64,000 nucleotides of DNA, taken from an uncultured Gammaproteobacteria bacterium (lineage in GTDB: Bacteria > Patescibacteriota > Patescibacteriia > UBA9934 > GWF2-40-263). Made by a program: the position numbers and the translations under genes. Of the stretch, positions 30,487 through 38,593 are shown piece by piece. Where the stretch lies: positions 424-64,423 of the forward strand of contig CAYNRK010000001.1 in NCBI GenBank assembly GCA_964399675.1. The letters run 5' to 3'. Numbering within the stretch: the stretch's first letter is position 1; every line of letters begins with the position of its first letter. The notes under the pieces were generated by a model. That model had not been told where the DNA came from. It made no database searches and saw nothing but the letters and a program-made list of their open reading frames with translations.

Positions 30487-31476
30487 ATGAAAACATACAT
30501 AAGTCACATTAATGGCAAAGATTATCTATATGCGACAGATAGTATTTATGTTGCAAAGGGAAAGACCATTCAAAAAAATAAATCGCTTGGGCCTGCAGAA
30601 AATGTCAAAGATATAGCGAGAAAGAAAAAAGATTTTTTCGAATATGTTCTTAAAGAGGAAGCAAGACTAAGGTTTGCTCACTGGGGCAGACATATTCACG
30701 ATCCAAAATTTGTTAAATATGTGAGGATAGAAAAAATTGAAGAGTTGCGAGCTAGACTCTACCGCTCAAAGCAGGGTATGGGTGACATTGCGACAGGGGC
30801 AATGGAAACCGCATTTCAGGTTGATTTTATCTATAATTCGAATAGGATTGAGGGAAGTAAAATTCCAAGAGAGAGTGTTGAGGAGATTGTTCGTCAGGGA
30901 GCGAAAAATAAGAACAATGAAGTCACAAATACAATTCGTGCCATCAATTTTATTGATAGCTCATTTCGATTCAACCTTAAACAGATTGATAAATTGCACG
31001 ACATCCTCCTTGCACATCAACCAAGTCAGCTCGGATTACGAAAAGAAAAAGTTGTAGTTGGGAATGCTGACGTCTCGGAGTGGCAGCACATTAAAAAAGA
31101 TATGAAATCGCTCCTTGATTGGTATAAGAAAAGTGAAAAAAATATGTATCCACCAGAACTTGCCTTCACTTTTTACTATCGATTTGAGCGCATCCATCCA
31201 TTTGTTGATGGGAATGGCAGAGTTGGTAGACTCCTCATGAATGCCATTTTAAGAAAGCATCGCTATCACCCAATGATTATATGGAACAAGAGAAGACAGA
31301 CCCACATGTCTGCTTTTAAAAAATATATGGACGGGAGAGCAGAATACTACTTTAAGTTTATGGCTGAACAGTTTATAAAGACCCACGAGATTTACACCGA
31401 GAAAATCGACAAAGCCTTTAATCTCGAAGAGCAGATACAATACTTTTTACAACCTTCATCCTACAATCTAGATTAG
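30487..31476 (+). CDS. Fic-family protein (class II-like)
   Basis: Canonical HPFVDGNGRVGR; upstream SNRIEG inhibitory-helix motif. Confidence 0.92.
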   Translation: MKTYISHINGKDYLYATDSIYVAKGKTIQKNKSLGPAENVKDIARKKKDFFEYVLKEEARLRFAHWGRHIHDPKFVKYVRIEKIEELRARLYRSKQGMGDIATGAMETAFQVDFIYNSNRIEGSKIPRESVEEIVRQGAKNKNNEVTNTIRAINFIDSSFRFNLKQIDKLHDILLAHQPSQLGLRKEKVVVGNADVSEWQHIKKDMKSLLDWYKKSEKNMYPPELAFTFYYRFERIHPFVDGNGRVGRLLMNAILRKHRYHPMIIWNKRRQTHMSAFKKYMDGRAEYYFKFMAEQFIKTHEIYTEKIDKAFNLEEQIQYFLQPSSYNLD

Positions 31477-31514
31477 TGGATATGTGAAAAAGAGTGGATG
31501 GACACAAATGAATT

Positions 31515-32531
31515 ATGACTATTGGAAAGATAAATGATTTAAAACAAATTACTCTTGAGCGACAAATTATAAATCAATCGATCCGTGCTTTTTTTAGTGA
31601 CCGTGGATTTGTTGAGGTTGAGACTCCAATCATAGTGGCTTCGCCTGGGATGGAACCAAACTTATCGCCGTTTGAAACAGTGGTTAGTGAACCAGACGGA
31701 AAAGAACATAAAGCAAGCCTAATCACAAGCCCTGAGTATTCCATGAAGAAGTTGCTTGGGAGTGGAATGGAAAAGATTTTTACAATTACAAAAGTATTTC
31801 GAAACGAAGAAGAGTTTGGTGGAAATCACAACCCGGAATTTTCAATGCTTGAATGGTATAAGCAAGGAGGGGATTATAAAGAGTGTATGGGGGAGACCAG
31901 AGAACTCATCCGTGTCATCTCGACCGAGGCTTTTGCCGAGCGGAGAGATCTCGAAGATGCGAGATCTCTCGACTCGCTGTCGCTCGCTCGAGATGACAAG
32001 TGGGAGAGAACTAGCGTCAGGGATTTGTTTCAAAAATTCGCAGACATTAATCTTGATTCAGATGATTTGAAAGAAGCTTGTAATAAGTTAGATATTCGAA
32101 CAATCCAAGATGACACAGAGTCGGATCTTTTTTATAGAATTTTTCTTTCAAAAATCGAACCAAACATTTCAGGCAATACATTTGTTTTTGATTATCCAAA
32201 ATATCAAGCAGCATTGGCAAGGCTCACACCTGACAAAAATTATGGCGAGCGATTTGAGCTTTACATGAACGGACTTGAGATTTGTAATGGTTTTACAGAA
32301 CTCACTGACGCAGATGAACAACGCAGACGATTTGAACAAGAAGCAGAAGAACGTCGTGCGCTTGGCAAAACAGTTCATCCAATTGACGAAGAACTGCTCA
32401 AGCTGTTACCCTCCATCCAGAATCCAACATACGGAAACGCACTTGGTATTGATCGGTTGCATATGGTGCTTACCGAACGATCGTCAATCAATGATGTATT
32501 AGCGTTTCCTGTTTCTAAACTTTTAAGTTGA
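31515..32531 (+). CDS. epmA: EF-P lysine aminoacylase EpmA (GenX/PoxA)
   Basis: FVEVETP, LITSPEYSMKKLL, FRNEE..HNPEFSMLEWY, ERFELY..GLEICNGFTEL; adjacent to efp. Confidence 0.93.
   Translation: MTIGKINDLKQITLERQIINQSIRAFFSDRGFVEVETPIIVASPGMEPNLSPFETVVSEPDGKEHKASLITSPEYSMKKLLGSGMEKIFTITKVFRNEEEFGGNHNPEFSMLEWYKQGGDYKECMGETRELIRVISTEAFAERRDLEDARSLDSLSLARDDKWERTSVRDLFQKFADINLDSDDLKEACNKLDIRTIQDDTESDLFYRIFLSKIEPNISGNTFVFDYPKYQAALARLTPDKNYGERFELYMNGLEICNGFTELTDADEQRRRFEQEAEERRALGKTVHPIDEELLKLLPSIQNPTYGNALGIDRLHMVLTERSSINDVLAFPVSKLLS
31913..31998. repeat. Palindromic element in frame within epmA
   Basis: TGTCATCTCGA ... GAGAGATCTCG..CGAGATCTCTC ... TCGAGATGACA. Confidence 0.85.
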
Positions 32532-32534
32532 TCC

Positions 32535-32673
32535 GTGTCATTGCGAGGAGCCCCGACCCTCTGGGTCGTGGGCGACGAAGCAATCTTCGTTTTTACGAGG
32601 ATTGCTTCGCTAGCGCTCGCAATGACACAAGATGAGAAATGCGAGGATTGCTTCGCTAGCGCTCGCAATGACG
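32535..32673. repeat. CGTC-type palindromic element, copy 3, with duplicated 3' half
   Basis: GTCATTGCGAGGAG..CGACGAAGCAATC..; 31-bp direct repeat at 32596-32626 and 32642-32672. Confidence 0.85.
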
Positions 32674-32682
32674 CAGAAAAAT

Positions 32683-33246
32683 ATGCCTTCGCCAAACGAC
32701 ATTAAAAAAGGAATCGTCATTAATATGCATAATGACCTGTGGGTGGTTGTTGACTTTCAGCGCGTTAGTCCTGGAAAAGGGGGTTCCTTTGTGCGTACGA
32801 AATTAAAAAGTATTACTTCAGGAAAAGTTGTTGAGCACAATTTAAAGGCGTCTGAGAATTTGATTTTTGAAAACGTTCAACACAAAAAAATGCAATATCT
32901 TTTTAATGATGGAAATTGGTTTACCTTTATGGATAACGTGTCGTACGAGCAAGTAACCATTGGTAAAAATGTTATTGAGGAGGCGATTCCGTATTTGAAA
33001 GAAGGGCTGGAAGTCACGGTCATAATGCATAACAATTCAGCACTTACGGCCACACTTCCACAAAAAATTCAGTACACTGTTGCTTACACTGAACCGGCAG
33101 TAAAGGGTGATACAGCGTCTGGGAATGTTTTAAAAGAAGCCGAACTTGATAATGGACTCAAAATCAAAGTGCCTTCATTTATCACTCAAGGGGACTCGAT
33201 CATGATCAATACAGAATCCGGTTCGTACGTAGAACGCGTAAGTTAA
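32683..33246 (+). CDS. efp: Elongation factor P
   Basis: SPGKGGSFVRTKLK loop with the modifiable Lys, EPAVKGDTA, VPSFI..GD. Confidence 0.96.
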   Translation: MPSPNDIKKGIVINMHNDLWVVVDFQRVSPGKGGSFVRTKLKSITSGKVVEHNLKASENLIFENVQHKKMQYLFNDGNWFTFMDNVSYEQVTIGKNVIEEAIPYLKEGLEVTVIMHNNSALTATLPQKIQYTVAYTEPAVKGDTASGNVLKEAELDNGLKIKVPSFITQGDSIMINTESGSYVERVS

Positions 33247-33262
33247 AAAGAAAGCAGGGGCC

Positions 33263-34285
33263 TTATTCGGCGCCTGCTTTTATTTTCTTTTCAATTTCAG
33301 TTCTTATCTCTTTCATCATTTTTGGGTTTGCTTTGAGAGCTGCCTTTGCAGTCTCTCTACCAAGCCCAAGTTTTTCTTCTTTGTAGTAATAGTTGTTGCC
33401 GGATTTTTTAATCACTTCATAAGGAACACCCAGGTCAAGCAAATCTCCGGCAATAGAAATTCCTTCGTTGTACATGATGTCGAATTCGCATGTGCGGAAT
33501 GGTGGAGCAACTTTGTTTTTGACGATTTTAGTCTTGGTTCTGTTTCCAACTATTTTGTCACCTTGTTTGATTTGCGCTGAGCGTCGGATTTCAATCCTTA
33601 CTGAAGAATAAAATTTAAGCGCACGCCCTCCGGTTGTTGTTTCAGGATTGCCAAACATTACACCAATCTTCATGCGGATTTGGTTGATAAAGATGACGGT
33701 TGTATTTGACTTGCTAACAATCGCAGCCAACTTGCGAAGCGCCTGGCTCATTAACCGCGCTTGAAGGCCCATGTGTGAAGCTCCCATATCACCTTCGATT
33801 TCAGCCTTTGGCGTGAGCGCTGCTACTGAATCCACCACAACTACATCAACTGCACTTGATCGAACCAGTGTTTCAACAATTTCCAAAGCTTGTTCACCAG
33901 TGTCAGGCTGAGAGATAAATAGCTCATCAATATTAACACCAATTTTTTGAGCGTACTCAGGATCAAGCGCATGCTCAGCATCTACAAACGCTGCCAGCCC
34001 TTTATTTTTTTGTACCTCAGCCACTATATGTTGGGCAAGAGTTGTCTTTCCGGATGATTCAGGGCCATAGACTTCTATTATTCTTCCTCGCGGAACACCA
34101 TTAACTCCAAGCGCCAGATCAAGGGAAAGACATCCGGTTGAAATGGATTCAACTTGCATTGTTTCAGCTTCACCAAGGCGCATAATAGCTCCGTCTCCAA
34201 AGCGCTGCTTAATTTGACTGATTGCGTCCAGGGCTGCTTTTTGTCTAGCATTGCCTTGGGCTTCTTTTGTAACTTGTTTTGCCAT
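33263..34285 (-). CDS. recA: Recombinase RecA
   Basis: [34 protein letters not shown]. Confidence 0.99.
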   Translation of the reverse strand: MAKQVTKEAQGNARQKAALDAISQIKQRFGDGAIMRLGEAETMQVESISTGCLSLDLALGVNGVPRGRIIEVYGPESSGKTTLAQHIVAEVQKNKGLAAFVDAEHALDPEYAQKIGVNIDELFISQPDTGEQALEIVETLVRSSAVDVVVVDSVAALTPKAEIEGDMGASHMGLQARLMSQALRKLAAIVSKSNTTVIFINQIRMKIGVMFGNPETTTGGRALKFYSSVRIEIRRSAQIKQGDKIVGNRTKTKIVKNKVAPPFRTCEFDIMYNEGISIAGDLLDLGVPYEVIKKSGNNYYYKEEKLGLGRETAKAALKANPKMMKEIRTEIEKKIKAGAE

Positions 34286-34440
34286 ACATTTTTTTTCGGG
34301 ATCAATAAGTCTTTCTATTTTACCTAATTTTAGGAAAATTTCAAGGGTATGTTTATGATCTTTGACACAGGAAAAGAAAAAGAGCGAGTCTTAGCTCCCC
34401 CTTTATGTCAATGATTTCTTACAGTGTATCGTTATCCACA

Positions 34441-35130
34441 TTAGTGTGCAATGGACAAAGACTTGTCTTGTTCCAAAACAACACGTCTATACTCTGTGGC
34501 TACTCGCGAGTAACGTTTTGTTCCTTCAATGGTAATAACATTGGTTCCTCGTTCAAGCACAATCTCTTCTTCAAAAGAACCGTCTTGTGATAGTAAAACA
34601 GGAGTTCCATTTATTGTTACATGAGCACCTGAATCTGATTGTCCGCTAACAATAATTGTTGCATCTTTGGTGAGGTAACCGTCAGCAGGAGCATGAACCA
34701 TAAGAGTTGGTGGTTCAATAATTGTTTTAACCTGGAATCCAATATAACTGGTGATTCCCAAAACAAGAACAAAAAGGATTGCAACCTTTACTAATTTGCT
34801 TGCAACAAATAATTGAAAAGCACTTGCGCGTTGGCGGGGGAGTCGAGCTTTTTTTACAAAGTCACAAGTTCCGCGCTCGTGTTCAAATTGATCCAGAAAA
34901 TAACTTACTTCTCCACCCAGAGTTTTTACATATGTCTTGAGAAGATTCCGTGCATAGATTGGATCCGGGAGTTTGTTGTAAGCACCTGTTTCAAAAGCTT
35001 TTAAATATGCTTTTCTAATTTTGGTTTTTGTAGCCATTTCAGAAAGCGTCAAATTCACCTCACCACGCATGTTTTTGAGTTTTTCCCCAAGCGTTTGCTC
35101 ATTATTAAATTTTCGAATAACAAAGGTCAT
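34441..35130 (-). CDS. RodZ-like HTH-TM protein with C-terminal Ig-like domain
   Basis: LGEKLK..R..L..TKI..YL.AFE.G.Y..LP..IY; TM; beta-rich tail; next to ftsK. Confidence 0.75.
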   Translation of the reverse strand: MTFVIRKFNNEQTLGEKLKNMRGEVNLTLSEMATKTKIRKAYLKAFETGAYNKLPDPIYARNLLKTYVKTLGGEVSYFLDQFEHERGTCDFVKKARLPRQRASAFQLFVASKLVKVAILFVLVLGITSYIGFQVKTIIEPPTLMVHAPADGYLTKDATIIVSGQSDSGAHVTINGTPVLLSQDGSFEEEIVLERGTNVITIEGTKRYSRVATEYRRVVLEQDKSLSIAH

Positions 35131-35203
35131 AATTCACGATTATTATAGCCATAGATTGACAATTTGGCTATTGAGAATGTCAAATATTCTTATTGCAAAA
35201 AAC

Positions 35204-35234
35204 AAAAAACCCTACCGGATTGGAGGGTTTTTTT
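35204..35234. terminator. Bidirectional terminator-like hairpin
   Basis: AAAAAACCCT-ACCGGATTGG-AGGGTTTTTT. Confidence 0.7.
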
Positions 35235-35304
35235 AGCTGGCACTGCCCGGCTTATCAATCAAAAAATAACAAAATTGATTCGTTTCGTCAAATACTGAAA
35301 TCCG

Positions 35305-35372
35305 TGGATCTGCAGGGATTCGAACCCTGACTGCCCTGGATGATAAGCCGGGCAGCGCACCAAGCCAGACCC
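35305..35372 (-). ncRNA. D-arm-reduced tRNA-like RNA with G3.U70/A73 alanine identity
   Basis: GGGTCTG/CAGATCC-A acceptor, GC-TTGGT-GC mini D hairpin, 8-bp CTGCCCGG/CC(A)GGGCAG stem, perfect CAGGG-TTCGAAT-CCCTG T-arm, no encoded CCA. Confidence 0.7.
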
Positions 35373-35438
35373 ACGAATTTCAACACTCAACAAAAAACTC
35401 CCAACCAGTTATGGAAGGGAGTTTTAATTTACAAAGAT

Positions 35439-35467
35439 ATTAAATCAGTTTTTTGGGTCTTTGTCAA
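35439..35467 (-). promoter_or_regulatory. Promoter upstream of the tRNA-like RNA
   Basis: TTGACA-17-TTTAAT with TG on the minus strand; followed by hairpin 35393-35424. Confidence 0.6.
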
Positions 35468-35478
35468 GGTTTGTTTTT

Positions 35479-37779
35479 TTATTTTTCTTCGTCCTCCTCC
35501 TCAACCCAACCGTCATCGATTTCGTTTTCATCACCCTCTTCTGACTCTTCCTCTTCTTCCTCTCGGACCTCTTCGGCCTCTTCATCCTCTCCAAACCTTT
35601 CCTCATCTCCATACGCTTCATCATAATCATCCTGCGCAGTTGGCATTCCTTCGCCCAAATCTCCACCCGGCGGCCATTTGTCTAACAAAATTTCTCGTGC
35701 TTTAGCACCCTGTCCTTCTCCAATAACACCACGATCCTCCATCATGTCCATGATTCGAGCAGCTCGAGAATATCCAATTTTTAAACGTCGTTGTAAAAAT
35801 GATGTTGATGCTTTGCCAGCCTGGATCACAGTTTGAATTGCTTCAAGCAAAAGCGGATCATCATCTTCATACTCATCAAACACCGTTCCCGCTTTAGTGA
35901 TTTCTGTGACAGCCATGTTGTAATCTGGCTCACCTTTGTTTTTAAGAAAGGAAACAACCCGATCAAGTTCTTCTGATGATACAAAAGCACCTTGCAGTCG
36001 TCGCGGCTTTGAAAGCTCAGCGCATGTAAACAACATATCTCCACGACCCAATAGTTTTTCAGCACCTGAGGAATCCAAGATTGTTCGTGAATCCATAAGC
36101 GATGCCACAGCAAATGCAATGCGCCCCGGGATGTTTGCTTTAATAAGTCCTGTGATTACATCAACACTTGGGCGCTGTGTTGCAAGCAGCAAGTGGATTC
36201 CAACCGCACGGGCCATTTGTGCAATACGCACAATTACTGCCTCAATTTCTCGTCCCGAAATACTCATTAAGTCTGCCAACTCATCAATTACAACCACAAT
36301 TCTTGGCATACGTTCTTCAGCGCGTGCATTAAAGTCGTCAATGTTGCGCGAACCAAACTTTGAGAGCATATCAAGCCGTCGATCCATTTCTCTAACAGTC
36401 CATTTGAGTGCATTAACTGTATCGTCAACACTTGTGATTGGCGGAACAAGTAAATGCGGAATACCTGCGTAAGATGTTAGCTCAACTCGCTTTGGGTCAA
36501 CAAGAATCAGTTTCAAATCATCTGGTCCATTTTGATAAAGCATTGATAGGATCATTGTGTTAAGACAAACACTTTTTCCAGATCCGGTTGCACCAGCAAC
36601 CAGCATGTGTGGCATCTTATCAAGCGCAATCACTGAACAGAGACCTGATACATCTTTTCCAAGCGGTACAGAAAGCGGACTTGAGGCAGTTTTAAATGAT
36701 TTGCTTTCCAAGACCTCGCGAAGAGTTACGGTTGCAACTTTTGTGTTTGGAACCTCAACACCAACCAAAGACTTTCCAGGAATTGGAGCTTCCATACGAA
36801 TCGGATGTGCAGCAAGTGCAAGTGCCAGATCATTTTGAAGACTTACAATTCGGGAGAGCTTAACTCCCTGCGATGGCCTAAGAGTATATTGTGTAACAGT
36901 TGGCCCAACCGAACTCTTTCCCATTTCAACATCCATTCCAAACTCTTCAAATGTACGTTCAATAATTTCTTTGTTGCGTTCAATGTCACCTGACTTTGCT
37001 TTAGAAGTAGACCGCTCAAGTAGTTTCATTGGAATGGAAACTGTTCTACGTTGCTTTGTGGTTAGCACTGATTCTTGTCGTTCAGGTGTTGCAACAGGGG
37101 ATGTTCTAAAAGTGTGTTCCTCGTCATCCTCTTCGACCTCTCGGACCTCTTCATCCTCTTCATCCCAATCCTCTTCGTCCTCATCCTCCTCTTCCTCCTC
37201 ACGTCTACCCTTCATATGCAAAAGTTCACCAAACCAGCCTGTGATGTGGCTATGCACACCCATTAGACTTCGAAGAGAGGTGTTGAAAATAAGTAAGATG
37301 GAAACCAAAAGCAGTGAAGCTGTGATAACGATCGCTCCCCAATAACCAACAAACTCAGGAAGTAGAGTTCCAAGAAATTGTCCCAAATAGCCACCGGCCA
37401 CGGAAAGATCTGTTGTGATTGGATCCGGATTATTAACAAGAAAGAGATTAAGAAGGGCGTTGAATGATAAGAAAAAGAAAAACATTCCCAAGTAATTAAA
37501 ACTTGAGAAAGTTCCACGCTCAGGAAAGCTAAGCGATCCTCCAATTATGATCATGACAATAGGTACCAGGAATCTGTCGAATCCGAAGAATTTTGTAACA
37601 ATCATGTTCACCCATGTTCCAAGACTTCCAGCAATTCCGAAAAACGATAAGAACATTATGGCGGCAAGTGCAAAAAGTAACACAACATAAATGCCGCGTT
37701 TGGTTTCAGGGTTCATATCAAAACCAAGGAACTCTTCTCTTTTTTTTCTACGCTTTTTGCGCTTGTATTTTCGAGCCAT
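35479..37779 (-). CDS. ftsK: DNA translocase FtsK
   Basis: 4TM N-terminus, PHMLVAGATGSGKS, IDELADLM, ATQRPSVDVITG, gamma domain IGYSRAARI. Confidence 0.98.
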   Translation of the reverse strand: MARKYKRKKRRKKREEFLGFDMNPETKRGIYVVLLFALAAIMFLSFFGIAGSLGTWVNMIVTKFFGFDRFLVPIVMIIIGGSLSFPERGTFSSFNYLGMFFFFLSFNALLNLFLVNNPDPITTDLSVAGGYLGQFLGTLLPEFVGYWGAIVITASLLLVSILLIFNTSLRSLMGVHSHITGWFGELLHMKGRREEEEEDEDEEDWDEEDEEVREVEEDDEEHTFRTSPVATPERQESVLTTKQRRTVSIPMKLLERSTSKAKSGDIERNKEIIERTFEEFGMDVEMGKSSVGPTVTQYTLRPSQGVKLSRIVSLQNDLALALAAHPIRMEAPIPGKSLVGVEVPNTKVATVTLREVLESKSFKTASSPLSVPLGKDVSGLCSVIALDKMPHMLVAGATGSGKSVCLNTMILSMLYQNGPDDLKLILVDPKRVELTSYAGIPHLLVPPITSVDDTVNALKWTVREMDRRLDMLSKFGSRNIDDFNARAEERMPRIVVVIDELADLMSISGREIEAVIVRIAQMARAVGIHLLLATQRPSVDVITGLIKANIPGRIAFAVASLMDSRTILDSSGAEKLLGRGDMLFTCAELSKPRRLQGAFVSSEELDRVVSFLKNKGEPDYNMAVTEITKAGTVFDEYEDDDPLLLEAIQTVIQAGKASTSFLQRRLKIGYSRAARIMDMMEDRGVIGEGQGAKAREILLDKWPPGGDLGEGMPTAQDDYDEAYGDEERFGEDEEAEEVREEEEEESEEGDENEIDDGWVEEEDEEK

Positions 37780-37810
37780 GAAAGTATTTTATCACAAACA
37801 TGCAAATAGG

Positions 37811-37839
37811 TTGACAAAATCATCAAATTGTGGTATCTT
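37811..37839 (+). promoter_or_regulatory. Promoter of the GC-rich orphan unit
   Basis: TTGACA-17-TATCTT with TG, divergent from ftsK. Confidence 0.65.
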
Positions 37840-37975
37840 TCTGAGTCATAAAGTTTACAATCCTCCTCACTTTTGCATATCTGGAGAGAGTTGCAAAAGT
37901 CATGAAAACCCCGTATTTGCAGGCAAAATCTTTCTCTGTAAATATGGGTTTTTCATTTGGTTTCAAGGAGGAGCC

Positions 37976-38167
37976 GTGGCAAAAAATCGGAAAAAGCCGC
38001 AGCCGGTTCAGATGAGAGAAGATGACGGAAACGTCATCGTGGTTCCTCTGCGTCGGCCAAAGCTTCGTGCTCGCATTCCGCCGTGTCAGCGGTTTCACAC
38101 TCGTGATCGTGATCTTCAAAAAGGTCACAGCCGTAGGTACAAGCACAAGGGCAAGCGAGGCTGGTAA
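37976..38167 (+). CDS. Small basic protein (63 aa), ArfA/BrfA-like C-terminus
   Basis: AGGAGG SD, GTG start; ...RIPPCQRFH...KGHSRRYKHKGKRGW. Confidence 0.6.
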   Translation: MAKNRKKPQPVQMREDDGNVIVVPLRRPKLRARIPPCQRFHTRDRDLQKGHSRRYKHKGKRGW

Positions 38168-38185
38168 GAACTAAAGGAGGACGTG

Positions 38186-38239
38186 ATGAATATCATCACA
38201 GCTAGCTGTGGAAGCACGTTCCAGAGCTTCCCAATTTAG
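38186..38239 (+). CDS. 17-codon ORF MNIITASCGSTFQSFPI
   Basis: Strong AAAGGAGG SD 5 nt upstream; otherwise unsupported. Confidence 0.35.
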   Translation: MNIITASCGSTFQSFPI

Positions 38240-38269
38240 GCAATGAATTTGTTTGTTGTCTGATAGGGA

Positions 38270-38540
38270 TTCTTCTCTGATCATTAAACCCCTTTTTGGA
38301 GGACGAGAATAGATCCGGCTTTAAGGTTGGATCATAGGAGGCAGTATTTCATCAGTCTCTTGTGCTGATGAGATCACTAATTTGGTGAAAGAGTACTGTC
38401 GGTTTGATCCACGATGCAAACAAGGCTCCGGCTTTCTTTGCACCGATGCGATCACGCCACACCATTGATGCATAGCTTCGGCAAGCCACTCAATGGGATT
38501 CTCGACCTCCAAGAAGGGGTTTTAGTGTTAGACTGGAGAT
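38270..38540 (+). ncRNA. Large multibranch structured RNA of unknown family
   Basis: 24/25-bp closing helix 38286-38310/38498-38522 enclosing four stem-loop domains; G-U pairs favour + strand. Confidence 0.65.
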
Positions 38541-38593
38541 CGGTTTCAATAAGGAGGCCGTAATCCAAATCAATCTGTTCAGCCGGAGGACGT

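Noticed and set aside
32596-32672. 31-bp direct repeat as a mini CRISPR array
   Set aside because: Only two copies with a 15-nt gap; it is half of the CGTC-type palindrome and no cas genes are present.
32632-32682. N-terminal extensions predicted for EF-P, and similarly for ORFs at 18400, 21342, 48257 and 54110
   Set aside because: They arise from upstream repeats, terminators or tRNA sequence; downstream ATGs fit the family N-termini.
35305-35372. Canonical tRNA or tRNA-Sec call
   Set aside because: D arm nearly absent, no long variable arm, non-standard anticodon loop; kept as tRNA-like RNA instead.
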